Positions 38,601-51,600 of a DNA stretch of 64,000 nt are shown here, piece after piece. Position 1 is the first letter of the stretch. The number at the start of each line of letters is the position of its first letter. This stretch comes from Potamilus streckersoni (taxonomy: Eukaryota). The DNA is taken from positions 2,674,024-2,738,023 of the forward strand of contig JAEAOA010001935.1 in the NCBI GenBank assembly GCA_016746295.1, given 5' to 3'. Under the pieces are notes generated by a model, which saw only the letters and a list, made by a program, of their open reading frames with translations, did no database searches and was not told where the DNA came from. Made by a program: the position numbers and the translations under genes.

Positions 38601-38769
38601 TTGCTTTTGCCCTTGACAGTGACCTGCCCTGAACTATTAATTCATTTAAACATTTACTTGTTAATTGGCATAAATATTGCTTTCTTTGTATTCTTTAATT
38701 TAATTGTCATTTTATCTATAAATAAACAATCTTAGTGTTATTGATGTAGGTTTCAAAATCTTTTCTGTG

Positions 38770-39975
38770 AGAATTGTGTGAATTGTCTGTTGGACACGTG
38801 GAATACAGTCTGTTGGACATGTGGAATACAGTATGTTGGACACACGTGGAATACAGTCTGTTGGACACGTGGAATACAGTATGTTGGACACATGTGGAAT
38901 ACAGTCTGTTGGACACATGTGGAATACAGTCTGTTGGACATGTGGAATACAGTCTGTTGGACATGTGTGGAATAGTCTGTTGGACACATGTGGTATACAG
39001 TCTGTTGGACACATGGAATACAGTCTGTTTGATACGTGGAATACAGTCTGTTGGACACATGTGGAATAGTCTGTTGGACACGTGGAATACAGTCTGTTGG
39101 ACACATGTGGAATACAGTCTGTTGGACACATGTGGAATAGTCTGATGGACATGTGGAATACAGTCTGTTGGACACATGGAATACAGCATGTTGGACACAT
39201 GTGGAATACAGTCTGTTGGACATGTGGAATACAGTATGTTTGACACATGTGGAATACAGTCTGTTTGACACATTGAATACAGCATGTTGGACACATGTGG
39301 AATACAGTCTGTTTAACACATTGAATACAGCATGTTGGACACATGTGGAATACAGTCTGTTTGACACATTGAATACAGTCTGTTGGACACATGTGGAATA
39401 CAGTCTGTTGGACATGTGGAATACAGTCTGTTTGACACATTGAATACAGTCTGTTGGACACATGTGGAATACAGTCTGTTGGACATGTGGAATACAGTCT
39501 GTTGGACATGTGGAATGCAGTCTGTTGGACACAAGTGGAATACAGTCTGTTGGACATGTGGAATACAGTCTGTTGGACACGTGTGGAATAGTCTGATGGA
39601 CATGTGGAATACAGTCTGTTGGACACATGGAATACAGCATGTTGGACACATGTGGAATACAGTCTGTTGGACATGTGGAATACAGTATGTTTGACACATG
39701 TGGAATACAGTCTGTTTGACACATTGAATACAGTCTGTTGGACACATGTGGAATACAGTCTGTTTGACACATTGAATACAGTCTGTTGGACACATGTGGA
39801 ATACAGTCTGTTGGACATGTGGAATACAGTCTGTTGGACATGTGGAATGCAGTCTGTTGGACACAAGTGGAATACAGTCTGTTGGACATGTGGAATACAG
39901 TCTGTTGGACATGTGGAATGCAGTCTGTTGGACACAAATGGAATACAGTCTGTTGGACAAGTGGAATACAGTATG
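38770..39975. repeat. Minisatellite, 23-25-bp unit x50
   Basis: Tandem gtggaatacagtctgttggacac(at). The unit lacks stop codons in nearly all six frames, so the ORFs the supplied track calls here (up to 433 aa on the - strand, 140 aa on the + strand) are artefacts. Confidence 0.95.
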
Positions 39976-40002
39976 ATGCACAAGGCTCTACACATATTTT
40001 AG

Positions 40003-40151
40003 GATCTTCCTCAGAAGGAGTCATCCGAAAGAAGAAGACGCATGGGAAGCTCATTAACCTTGCATCACACCCTAGCTTCCTGCATGGTGACCCAGATGGA
40101 CCTGAGTTTGATGAGCACAGATATGAACTTGCTAAGTGGGCAGTTCTTCAG
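40003..40151 (+). CDS. Candidate coding exon (gene 2, exon A)
   Basis: The acceptor is cacatattttag| at 40001-40002. Translation is (R)SSSEGVIRKKKTHGKLINLASHPSFLHGDPDGPEFDEHRYELAKWAVLQ. The donor is TTCTTCAG|GTTTGC at 40152. The exon enters in phase 1 and exits in phase 0. Confidence 0.6.
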
Positions 40152-41292
40152 GTTTGCAGCATCTCTATTATTTCATATGTAATGTACATACACTGTAATA
40201 TGCACTGAGGTGAATGAACCCATTTGTGCTGTTGCCAGCAAAGTATATAATAACAGATCAGCTCTATGCTGTTAACAGTTGTGTTTTTTTATGTTACACA
40301 TGCTCAAATACATAATCTACAAGTTTTGGCTGTTCAAAATCTGAAAGATGGTGCTGCAAAAGAGTAATTGTTAACACTCATGGTTTTAACACTATTTATC
40401 ATCTGTTCTCAAATTCATGGACAGTATCAAAGCTGAAAATATTCTAATGAAGGAGTGTTCTATGAGACAGTCAGTCATGCTGCAAAAGAGTAACTGTTAA
40501 CACTCGTGTATAAGACTGTTTATCATCTCTCTAATTCATGGTCAATATCAAAACTGAAAATATTCAAGCAAAGGTGTTTATATGGAAAAGTTGCTTTCTT
40601 GTAGCAGGTATGTTTGTGGCATGTCTTTGTTCAAATTTCCCACTATAACAAAATACATGGGTAGAAATAACTATTAAATTATAAGTACCAGCAATTCTTT
40701 TTAGAATCCATGAATAAATTGTACTGAATAAATTTATTATCTTATATTAAATGTGCTTGCCTAGACTTCAAAAATAAAAACTAAGCATACCTAACAATGA
40801 AAGACCTTAAAGTTTCATTACAGTTTCAGCAAGTTCAATGGTCCTGATGACAAATAAGATATAAAAACAAGCTTCTGTGAAAAACCTGTTTTGAAAGATC
40901 ACTGCCATGAGAGACCATCTGTCCTGAGGGACCTAATTGTTGTTGCATGGATTTATTGATTATATAGTGATATGGCCTGTTATGTGAGACCATTTGTCTT
41001 GAGAGAACAATATTATTTGGTAGAAGTGGTGATCTTCTAAGACAAGTTCTTTTTTGCATATGAGAATCCTCTCTTTTATCTAATTATTTTATTTAGTTAG
41101 TGTGAAATTCAACTACATGCAAACATGGTAATAATTAGAAATTCAACAGTTCAAATTCAGAAAGGAAGGAAAACATGTGCTAAAAGTTCTTTCCAAGCAC
41201 AAAAGATTTTGTCTTTCCAGATGCCAAACATTGCTTTGAATGGTTAACAATCAACAGATATTGGAGAAATATTAGTCATACTACTAAATAAT

Positions 41293-41520
41293 GGGGTCCC
41301 CGAGTGGTTGAGTGGTCTAAAGTGCTCACCATTCGGAATCACTGCCATCTCACCTCTGCCTTTGTGGGTTCAAGTCTCAGGCTCTGCTAACATGGGTATG
41401 TGAGAAAGCTTGCCAGTAGTTTCTTGTGTGTCGGCGCTTCTTCCTCCACCAGTTATACTGGCAGCCATGTATAGCCTATCTTGTGCTGAAAAATGGCATT
41501 AAACCCTAGAACAACAACAA
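41293..41520 (+). mobile_element. SINE family B copy, intronic
   Basis: The copy reads GGGGTCCCCGAGTGGTTGAGTGGTCTAAAGTGCTCACCATTCGGAATCACTGCCATCTCACCTCTGCCTTTGTGGGTTCAAGTCTCAGG...GTGAGAAAGCTTGCCAGTAG...CCTCCACCAGTTATACTGGCAGCCATGTATAGCCTATCTTGTGCTGAAAAATGGCATTAAACCC plus a (CAA)n tail. Imperfect flanking repeats are ctaaataa and ctgaataa. Confidence 0.85.
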
Positions 41521-42674
41521 CTGAATAACTGACAGGCACATAACTAAGCAGGAAATTTGCTGACATGTTTTAATTTTTATTAATTCATCAATTAAAAAAT
41601 TTAAATACCTTATACTTTTGGTCTGGTTGACAGTTGTATTCTAAGTTTGTAGAAACATGTACAGTAACAGAACAGCCACTGTCCTGTGTGTTGAACAAAA
41701 ATCATGTATTTCTACCAGATTTTTGTTTTTAAATTTATCTTAACTTACCTGGTCACCTTGATTGACCTGTATAAAATAATTGCACATGCAGACTGATCAG
41801 TAGATTCATGTATGCGGGTTTCTCATGTGCCATTTATTGTCTAATATGATTGGCATATAAAAGGTTGGTGAATGTATGAAAAAAGTAAAAGTCACATGGC
41901 AACATAATTTTGCTTAGCTATTCATTTATATCTGATAAATAAAAGATTTAATTTTTAAATTTTTATTCTCTAGTCACAGGTGACTGTTTAATTTGCCTTC
42001 CCATATGTCCTCAGTGCTACTGAAGCTTTTCCAGTGGTACTACAGTCATTGCAGAATCATATTTAGAACCAATATTATTTTTTTTATTCAGCATGTTTGC
42101 ATTTTATATACATTAGAGCTAAAATGCAAACTGGACATTAAAAAGTCTTCTTTAATAGTTCTACTCTCATTCTAAAATTATTTACCATTTGCTGTGACCA
42201 TGCCATGTGACTAGATTGCAGCTATTTTTGACACCCATCCATATCAGCAAGATGCTTATGGTTCTAAAGCAGTAGTCTAAATATTGTCCCCGACCATACA
42301 GTTCATATATTGCTATATATTACTATTGCTATTGCTATTGCTACATGGTGTAGACAAAAATGGAAAATTGTCAGGAAACTGGAATCACAATTTTTATGAT
42401 GATCATAGCACAATAGAATAAACAGGTATATATTCAGTTAAGGTCCTGTTTTCAGGATATGAGGGAACTGAGTTTATATCCAGGCTCTAAGATTGTTGCA
42501 ATCTGTTTGACTTGCTGAAATACACCATAACTTTAAAATCTTTGCTTTAAAATAGAATTAGATGAATTTTAATGACTACACATCATTGTGTTGTGTAGTA
42601 ACACATCATTGTGTTGTGTAGTTGCAAAATCCTGAAAGTACATGTATACTTAACAGATCTGAAATTTTTTTCAG

Positions 42675-42788
42675 AGTGGGAATTTGGTACAGGTGCTGGA
42701 GATCCATGCTCAACCAAGTGGGAATCCTCAGTCAGGGCAAGACAAATTCCGTCTGTATGCCCAGGGAGCAGCCATGGATAAAAACAAT
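42675..42788 (+). CDS. Candidate coding exon (gene 2, exon B)
   Basis: The acceptor is gaaatttttttcag| at 42673-42674. Translation is SGNLVQVLEIHAQPSGNPQSGQDKFRLYAQGAAMDKNN. The donor is CAAT|GTAACA at 42789. The exon is in phase 0 at both ends, consistent with exons A and C. Confidence 0.55.
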
Positions 42789-43019
42789 GTAACACAGTTA
42801 GCAGTACTTTTTCATACAGTTAGCAGTATGTAACACATATCTCAGCAGTACTCTTTGATACAGTTAGCAGTATATAACACATATCTCAGTGAGCAGTACT
42901 TTTTCATACAGTTAGCAATAGTTTTCCATGCAGTAGTTTTTTTTTTTATAGATATCAGTAGTTTTCCACAAAGATGACAACATTAAAAACTATTTTTATC
43001 TCATCAGTGTTTGTATGTA

Positions 43020-43160
43020 GCAAGGTATGGGTATCATTATTGTGGTGGTATGGGCATTGTTGTCATCATTATTGTGGTGGTATGGGCATTGTTGTGATCA
43101 TTATTGTGGTGGTATGGGCATTGTTGTCATCATTATTGTGGTGGTATGGGCATTGTTGTC
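43020..43160. repeat. Minisatellite, about 45-bp unit x3
   Basis: Tandem gtatgggcattgttgtcatcattattgtggtg. Confidence 0.8.
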
Positions 43161-43412
43161 ATCATCATGTTTCAAATGAACAATGTTACAGTTTAAGTTT
43201 CTGTGTTGTGAGTCCTCTTGTTACATGCATGTAGATCATAGTGCTTTTGCATTGTTTTTATTATTCATGTCAGTTGAACATTAAGAATATTTTAGGATGA
43301 TAATATTTGCTTTTTATATACCTGACATAAGGTAGTGCATATTGAGTTATTATCAGTGCCACCTGTCCATTTGATAACAATTTGAAAACATGAGTGCTCA
43401 TCATTGTAACTG

Positions 43413-44632
43413 GTAATATGTTGTATGGACCCAGATGTGGATGCATGCTTCCCTTTGCTTTACCATATAGATCCAGGTGTGGATGCATGCTTCCCTTTGC
43501 TTTACCATATAGATCCAGATGTGGATGCACTCCTTTGCTTTACCATATAGATCCAGGTGTGGATGCATTCTTCCCTTTGCTTTACCATGTAGACCCAGGT
43601 GTGGATGCATGCTTCCCTTTGCTTTACCATATAGATTCAGGTGTGGATGCACTCTTCCCTTTGCTTTACCATATAGATCCAGGTGTGGATGCACTCTTCC
43701 CTTTGCTTTGCCATATAGATCCAGGTGTGGATACACTCCTTTGCTTTACCATATAGATCCAGGTGTGGATGCACTCATCCCTTTGCTTTACCATATAGAT
43801 CCAGGTGTGGATGCACTTTTCCCTTTGCTTTACCATATAGATCCAGATGTGGATGCACTCTTTCCTTTGCTTTATCATGTAGATCCAGATGTGGATGCAC
43901 TCTTTCCTTTGCTTTATCATGTAGATCCAGGTGTAGATACATGCTTCCCTTTGCTTTACCATATAGATCCAGGTGTGGATGCACTCTTCTCTTTGCTTTA
44001 CCATATAGATCCAGGTGTGGATGCACACTTCAATTTGCTTTACCATATAGATCCAGGTGTGGATGCGCTTTTCCCTTTGCTTTACCATATAGATCCAGGT
44101 GTGGATGCACGCTTACCTTTGCTTTACCATATAGATCCAGGTGTGGATGCACACTTCCCTTTGCTTTACCATATAGATCCAGATGTGGATGCACTCTTCC
44201 CTTTGCTTTACCATATAGATCCAGGTGTGGATGCACTCTTCCCTTTGCTTTACCATATAGATCCAGGTGTGGATGCACTCTTCGCTTTACTTTACCATAT
44301 AGATCCAGGTGTGGATGCACACTTTTCTTTGCTTTGCCATATAGATCCAGATGTGGATGCACTCTTCCCTTTGCTTTACCATATAGATCCAGGTGCGGAT
44401 GCACGCTTTTCTTTGCTTTACCATATGGATCCAGGTGTGGATGCACTCTTCCCTTTGCTTTACCATATAGATCCAGATGTGGATGCACGCTTCCCTTTGC
44501 TTTACCATATAGATCCAGGTGTGGATGCACTCTTCCCTTTGCTTTACCATATAGATCCAGATGTGGATGCACTCTTCCCTTTGCTTTACCATATAGATTC
44601 AGATGTGGATGCAGTCTTCCCTTTGCTTTACC
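43413..44632. repeat. Minisatellite, 39/42-bp unit x29
   Basis: Tandem ccaggtgtggatgcactcttccctttgctttaccatatagat. The long ORFs called on both strands (for example 43519-44646, 375 aa) are repeat artefacts. Confidence 0.95.
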
Positions 44633-45162
44633 ATTTTTCTAAATAAGCATATGCAATATGTTATTTTTATTAAATCTCATTAAAAAAATGTAAAAATATG
44701 TCCTGTATGATAATTGATTTGTCAGATTAGAGATGGCAAACTGCTTCATACATATAAAACAAGTTTGTCAACCAAAACATTTCAAAGAAAAAAGGGAAAA
44801 ATAAATCAACTCAGTAAGCTAAATAGGTGATCATTTTAAGTTAATACAGTTAAATGTATGAGAGTGACATTGTATGTTTATTATTTTTTGCATCACACTG
44901 CTGTCTGTCAGTGACTTGACACCTTTAGCCCAGTTTTTAATGTGTTCCTAAAGCCATAGCTGTAGGCTGATTTAAGATTCTAAAATGTTTTATTCTGGCA
45001 TATTCACATGATATCTTTCAAGGCAGAACACCTTTACTTGGTCCTAAAATTAGTTGACAGAAGCTACCATGTATACCACAAAGAATTGGTAAGCCGCAAA
45101 AAAAATCATCCATTCACAGTGTGCATTGTTAATATCATTCTGGTCTTTTGTTGCATGTCAAG

Positions 45163-45333
45163 GTGGTGACATCAGTTGAAGAAGCAGTCACATGGTACTT
45201 TGAGACAGTAGAGGAGGTGGTTAGTGGATATGAACATCTCTACAAGAAGTTTACTAGTTTCCCAAGCTGCATGAGACCTTCTGACACTGCCAGGGTGGAC
45301 TTTGGACAGTTGGGGTCACCACGCCTCATGCTG
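45163..45333 (+). CDS. Candidate coding exon (gene 2, exon C)
   Basis: The acceptor is ttgcatgtcaag| at 45161-45162. Translation is VVTSVEEAVTWYFETVEEVVSGYEHLYKKFTSFPSCMRPSDTARVDFGQLGSPRLML. The donor is a strong CATGCTG|GTATGT at 45334. The exon is in phase 0 at both ends. Confidence 0.6.
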
Positions 45334-47929
45334 GTATGTTTCACCCTTTATGGGTTTAAAATTTTGTTTTATGTTTAGGCACATAATAAGAATTTTCTTC
45401 AGATGCATTAATCTATCAAAATACATTAGAAGAATGATTATTGTTGTGCAACTTCAGCACTTATTGACCAGATAACATCTGACACTCAGAATTGCTAATC
45501 ATAATACTGACTCTGATGAACTTATTGTATTCCCGAGACTCGCATTTAAGAATGAACTATCCAGAACCACATTGCATATTGGCACCAGAAAGCTCTAGCT
45601 CTGGCCCCAGATCCATCATTGGCCAGCAGTGTCTATGACAATGCACCAGTCCTGCTCTTTAAGTATCGAGAATTCACACCATGAAAGACTGAAGATAATA
45701 GTGTTACAACTTGGCCAGATCACCCTCAATTGACTTTGCCAGGCATTTCAAGGGGTATCCTTGTTGACCATTTTCCTGCCTTTGAATTCACAAGAACCAT
45801 CTTCTATTCTTGATCTGACAATGTCCAATGGAGACTCAGTCTTTTGCCTAGGTGGTCAATGCTCTTATCTTGAACCGGTATGATCTAGATGTTCACACCT
45901 TCCCTCCAACATCATTGATCCCTAAAAGCTTTGCAGAAAACAAGGGAATTAAAGAGTCAATGTATTCTTATAACTTTCCTGAAGTGGCAAAAATTATGAG
46001 TAAATGATCTATTGAACTTAGCAGTGGAAATTCCCAGGAAAATCATGATATTTCCTCACATGCTAAAGCAACTATGAATGTAGATATTTCATTCAGACCC
46101 AGAATTGTTTAATGTACATGCCAGGTTCATGTGAATTTAGCCCTCAAGGTGAAACAGTCGTCAGAACAAGTGGATAGAATTACTGGGTCAAGAAGGCCAG
46201 CCATTTTGAAGGCCTACAAAGCAAAGTGGTGAGTTTTCTTCCAGCAGTGAGAATGGAAACAAATCACTCCATTAAAAGCCTTAATATGTCAAATAGTTTT
46301 CTCCATAGGCTCTTTAAGATAAGTAGTTATTCTTCAGTAGGTTGAAATGCGAGACATGGAATGCCGAAATTGGTTAAAGGAGAGATAAGTTTCTTTTAGA
46401 GAATGAAGCTAATAATTTGCAGTAACAATAATATGTTTTTCATTGTTTCATTAAAGAAAAATATCCAAGCTTCAGTTTTAGCATTTCTTGGCTTCCATCA
46501 CATTTTAACCAACTGATATATGTGTCAACTGAACTTGAAAGGCATCCACTAGCTGGAGTCAGAATTTGATTCCGTTAGGCAAAAGACATCAGTCTAGGTA
46601 TAGACCAGCTAGAGCAATTAGACTTTAATTTGTGGAAAATTTACATTATGGTCTGCTAAGTATGTGATATATTCCTGAAGATTTGGCTTCTAGTTCCTCT
46701 CTCAGTTGACCAGGGAACATACTATACAACACTGTTTATTTTGGCAGTAAGATGTCAACCCGAACAACATAGACATCTTACAAGTAGGACTAGCTACCTC
46801 GTGCTGTTCAGCAGCTTCACAGTGATATGGCCATTTGGCTGTATTGGTATAATGTTCCCTACAATCCATGTCCAGGCATACTAGTGTGTTAACTCTATTC
46901 CATATCTCTAATGAAATTTCAACTTCATGTACATTTGACGACCAGAGGTTTTGCTGTCACTGGATTATGGGGATGTAACTCCCACCACCTCTTACCTATT
47001 CTGGTAGTGTATTATAACCAGGTGATGTATTTGAACAAGAAATCAATTTTTGGAGTAAAATGTGTTTCTTTGATAAGATATACCCAATCATAATACAGAC
47101 ACACCCTCATGGCCTCCCTGCAGTTGTAATGAAACCTAATAGATCATGCACATATGCCCCATTGGTAACTGACATATGGACAGGATTTGGTGCCAATCCC
47201 TCTTCCAAAGGGAAAATCTTATTGACTCTTATTTAGGTGGGCAGACAACTTTTGTTGTTATAAGGAAGCTAGAGAGTACTGGATTTGCGAGGTTGTTGTC
47301 ATACTCAAAGAATGCATTATCAAAGAAACCTGTTTTAAATTATATTTCAAGATTTGGATATTATTTGCTATACAGTTTTTACTATTTTTTGATACAGAAA
47401 ATGGGTGGTGGTGGTGGTGGTTGTGCAGGTATATATTGTGAATCTTTGTATCTTTATTAGCATAAAGCAATTGAGATTATGGTATGGTCATGCATCCATT
47501 GTGCGATGTGCATTGCCCATCATGCATTAGCCAACATTTTGGTTGTGCAGTTTCTCAGAGACAACCGGACAGATTTGCAGAGAAAATCCTGGCATGAGGG
47601 ACTTTCAGTTTTGTACAAATAACACTAATCAAATACTTAAGACATTTTCTTTTTATTTAAAGAACATTCGATATATTACAAAAATATGCATTCCTGCATG
47701 TAATTTTTGTAAAGTAATGTGTTCCTTGTACATGTTCAATTTGTATAAATGATGTTAGATCTCTGACTTCAAGGTGAATAATTTAAGACAACAAAACAGA
47801 CCTAAACATTTTCACTGATTTACATGTTTAAATAAAAATGAATCATGAAAAAAATTGTTTTTATCACAACATATTATTTTAATGATGACTAATGAACAAC
47901 ATAGCCATGCAAATACATAACACATGTAC

Positions 47930-48585
47930 AGTAACACACACACATACACACACATTATGATGCCTGATATTCAACACATACACACACACACATACACACA
48001 CCATATATTATGATGCCTGATATTCAACACACACACACCATATATTATGATGCCTGATATTCAACACACACACACCATATATTATGATGCCTGATATTCA
48101 ACACACACACACACCATATATTATGATGCCTGATATTCAACATACATACACACACCATATATTATGATGCCTGATATTCAACACACACACACCATATATT
48201 ATGATGCCTGATATTCAACACACACACACCATATATTATGATGCCTGATATTCAACACACACACACCATATATTATGATGCCTGATATTCAACACACACA
48301 CACCATATATTATGATGCCTGATATTCAACACACACACACACCATATATTATGATGCCTGATATTCAACACACACACACCATATATTATGATGCCTGATA
48401 TTCAACACACACACACACCATATATTATGATGCCTGATATTCAACATACACACATACACACACCATATATTATGATGCCTGATATTCAACACACACACAC
48501 ACACGCACACACTGTGATGCCTGATATTCAACACACACACACACTCATACACCATATATTATGATGCCTGATATTCATTTCCATC
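47930..48585. repeat. Minisatellite, about 37-43-bp unit x16
   Basis: Tandem cacacacaccatatattatgatgcctgatattcaa with variable (CA)n. Confidence 0.9.
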
Positions 48586-48645
48586 TAACATTTTTTATAT
48601 CTCCTGTTATAATGATAATTGGATCCATTGATATTACTGCAGAAG

Positions 48646-48646
<1 letters not shown>

Positions 48647-48705
<59 letters not shown>
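48647..48705. repeat. (TA)n microsatellite, about 29 units
   Basis: Perfect AT dinucleotide run, visible directly in the sequence. Confidence 0.95.
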
Positions 48706-48708
<3 letters not shown>

Positions 48709-48936
48709 GAATAGCATTGCAATATGTAATGACAAAGGTTTTTTCCCCAATAAACGTAAAACACTAATTTGAATGACTTGAGCTACATTTGGATTCCTTG
48801 AACATGACATCTGTCACTTTGAGTGATGCCATTGCATGCTATTGTATATGTGTTTGATTTAAAAAATGTAAATATGGGCTTAAGGAATGTCATTGTAGTA
48901 CTACATTTGATAAAACAAGGACAAATATATTTGCAG

Positions 48937-49074
48937 GTTTTGAGCAAGCTGTCCATCTTGCAGACAAAGCTAAGCAGTGAAGTGGCAGAGTTTATAGAGA
49001 TTGTATGGAGAGAGGCTCTGGATGAGGTGGAAAATCTGCTAACCATTCCACTCCATCTTGTCATCCAAGATAAG
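48937..49074 (+). CDS. Candidate coding exon (gene 2, exon D), 5' boundary ambiguous
   Basis: The acceptor is tatatttgcag| at 48935-48936. An alternative acceptor is ccatcttgcag| at 48962-48963, and both are in phase 0. Translation is VLSKLSILQTKLSSEVAEFIEIVWREALDEVENLLTIPLHLVIQDK. The donor is a strong CAAGATAAG|GTAATG at 49075, in phase 0. Confidence 0.55.
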
Positions 49075-49723
49075 GTAATGCTGAATCATTGGTGTAGGGC
49101 ATATGATACATTTTGATGTTTAATTTAATATTGAGATTTCCTCAAATGTTCATTTGTTGACAAAGATTTATTGAATAATGTTTGATTTAGTTATTGAAGA
49201 CTTTCTCAGTGTTGATTTTCTTGACATCAGTTCTTTAGTAATTTGTTGTCAAGATTGGATATGTTTATGTGAAACTTATTTAATTGTTTAATATCACTAA
49301 GTTGAGAGAGTATATTACACTATTTGTTAATATATTCCTCTGTTTGTTCATTCATTATGTCCTCAGTATCTTGCACCATAGACTCGTGAAATTTGGATTA
49401 TGTGCACGAATCTCAGCAAGAGTCATTCAACAATATAATGGGAAGTTTCCTGTTGTTCCATAGATTGGTAAAACTTATAACCATCCGCACACCCCTTGAC
49501 CTTGTTAATGAAGGGTGGGGGATTACCACTCACCTCCACATGTGTTGAGAGATAAACATCAATTCCTTCCTCTAAGGATAGTGGAAAAAAGTGATTAGTT
49601 CCTTTCCTCCCTATTCCTTTAGATATGAGATGATGAACCATCAAACATAATTTTTTCTCCAGTAATGGAGACAAGGCAGGATAGTATTGTCATGAAAGAA
49701 AAGATAGGACAATGATCTATCAG

Positions 49724-50277
49724 TTTTGGTTGGCAAAGATGAAATTCCAGAAGAACTGCTTACAACAGGTCCACTTCCTCTTTTGGGTCACCATTTTGTT
49801 TACCACCTAGTGGTTGACAACGTGAAAGTGTGGACCTTTAACAAGATAGTAAATGAGGTTTACCATCTTTTTCCCCCAGATCAGTCCAAACCATCAAGAT
49901 CTGTTCTCCAGTTTGAACCTTCTTGTAAATCCTCTCTCAGTGTTGGTGACCAAGTTTGCTTGGAAATTATCTCAAGGACAAAAGTCACCTTCAGTTACAG
50001 GGTCCATTTGCCTACTTTGACCCCTTGGACTCTGGTGATTTTTGAGAGGGAATTCCTGCAGGAACCTGGATTGATCTTTACATCAAGTCTTCTGGGCTTT
50101 GGAGCTCAAGCTTGTAAACTAGTTGCTGTATTCTCCTATGCAGATAAGGAGAAAGAGTTTCTGGCCAAATTAGAGAGATTGTTGGAGGCTGTTGCCATGT
50201 TGGTCTTTGCTGAGCTTCTCCACATCTGTAGAGATGTCATTTTGGAGACACCAATGGTTTTTGCTGGGGCACAGTAA
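49724..50277 (+). CDS. Candidate large coding exon (gene 2, exon E), both splice boundaries unresolved
   Basis: A 183-codon open frame lies in AT-rich DNA. It reads ...EIPEELLTTGPLPLLGHHFVYHLVVDNVKVWTFNKIVNEVYHLFPPDQSKPSRSVLQFEPSCKSSLSVGDQVCLEIISRTKVTFSYRVHLPTLTPWTLVIFEREFLQEPGLIFTSSLLGFGAQACKLVAVFSYADKEKEFLAKLERLLEAVAMLVFAELLHICRDVILETPMVFAGAQ*. There is no in-frame ATG near the 5' end, so it must be an internal exon. Candidate acceptors at 49722-49723, 49749-49750 and 49767-49768 all require phase-1 entry, whereas exon D exits in phase 0. The 3' end is either the TAA at 50275-50277 or the donor ACA|GTAAAAGT at 50274, which exits in phase 2. Confidence 0.5.
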
Positions 50278-51070
50278 AAGTCATTTAATTTACTGTGGTT
50301 TGCTGGGACACAGTAAAAGTCATTTAATATACTGTGGTTTGCTGGGACACAGTAAAAGAATTTACTGTGGTTTGCTGGGGCACAGTAAAAGTCATTTAAT
50401 TTACTGTGGTTTGCTGGGACACAGTAAAAGTCATTTAATTTACTGTGGTTTGCTGGGACACAGTAAAAGTCATTTAATTTACTGTGGTTTGCTGGGGCAC
50501 AGTAAAAGTCATTTAATTTACTGTGGTTTGCTGGGGCACCGTAAAAGTCATTTAAATTACTGTGGTTTGCTGGGGCACAGTAAAAGTCATTTAATTTACT
50601 GTGGTTTGCTGGGGCACAGTAAAAGTCATTTAATTTACTGTGGTTTGCTGGGGCACAGTAAAAGTCATTTAATTTACTGTGGTTTGCTGGGGCACAGTAA
50701 AAGTCATTTAATTTACTGTGGTTTGCTGGGACACAGTAAAAGTCATTTAATTTACTGTGGTTTGCTGGGACACAGTAAAAGTCATTTAATTTACTGTGGT
50801 TTGCTGGGGCACAGTAAAAGTCATTTAATTTACTGTGGTTTGCTGGGGCACAGTAAAAGTCATTTAATTTACTGTGGTTTGCTGGGGCACAGTGAAAGTC
50901 ATTTAATTTACTGTGGTTTGCTGGGGCACAGTAAAAGTCATTTAATTTACTGTGGTTTGCTGGGGCACAGTAAAAGTCATTTAATTTACTGTGGTTTGCT
51001 GGGGCACAGTAAAAGTCATTTAATTTACTGTGGTTTGCTGGGGCACAGTAAAAGTCATTTAATTTGCTGT
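50268..51070. repeat. Minisatellite, 39-bp unit x20
   Basis: Tandem gctggggcacagtaaaagtcatttaatttactgtggttt. It starts at the last codons of exon E. The 300-aa + ORF at 50192-51094 is an artefact. Confidence 0.95.
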
Positions 51071-51089
51071 GGAGATTTTATTTTGGAGG

Positions 51090-51600
51090 ACTAATCTTTA
51101 TAGTTGACTTGTAAGACCGGGCACTAGCTGCAGTGTCATCTGCAAAGAAACACCACCTTTCCAAAAAATACCATGACTTCCCTAAAAAAAATTTTAAGCA
51201 TGAATCTGAGCAAATCCATTGGACCAGTTTAAAACTTCTTTCTTTTTCATGATGAGCTGGCCAGAGAGACCAAAGAAGAAATCTACAAACTTTCCCCTAC
51301 ATTCATAAGGAGGGAGACACCTGTTTTTAGAGAGTCACACCCTCTTCTGCCAATTTCCCAACTTTACACAGTCCAAGTAGATGCCAGACTGCATCTTCTT
51401 TTAGAGGCTTGGTTGGACCTGACAGTCGATGCATGGGTCCTTTCCACAAAAAGGGATTGTTACCAGGATTATACAGCTTTCTGAAGGATCCTAGTTTGGT
51501 TCTACCAGTCCCACAGCTACTATCCTAATGGAAATAGGTGTACACCCTTCTAAGTTAGGGCTCAGTAGAGAGGGTGGCAGACATCAAAAGTCCTGAATTT
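51090..51600 (-). mobile_element. LINE reverse-transcriptase fragment, frameshifted
   Basis: The minus-strand translation contains ...WCFFADDTAASARSYKSTIK, the FADD/YADD motif of RT domain C, at about 51125-51155. The surrounding frames are broken. The region is richer in GC than its flanks. Confidence 0.5.

Noticed and set aside
38712-40054. ORFs of 427-433 aa on the - strand and several 96-140 aa ORFs on the + strand
   Set aside because: They lie entirely within the 23-25-bp minisatellite. The open frames arise from a stop-free unit. They have no start context, and the frame drifts with the unit-length variants.
43394-44646. ORFs of 375, 305 and 180 aa on both strands
   Set aside because: They are translations of the 39/42-bp minisatellite, with repetitive peptides (LPYRSRCGCT... 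and HPHLDLYGKAKG...). They are not genes.
45400-46900. GC-richer, non-repetitive intronic block with fragmentary ORFs (for example LKVKQSSEQVDRITGSRRPAILKAYKAKW)
   Set aside because: The frames are broken by stops every 20-40 codons. It has no family signature. It may be an old TE, which I could not classify.
50192-51094. ORF of 300 aa on the + strand (LLGHSKSHLIYCG repeated)
   Set aside because: It is a translation of the 39-bp minisatellite. Only its first few codons overlap the real exon.
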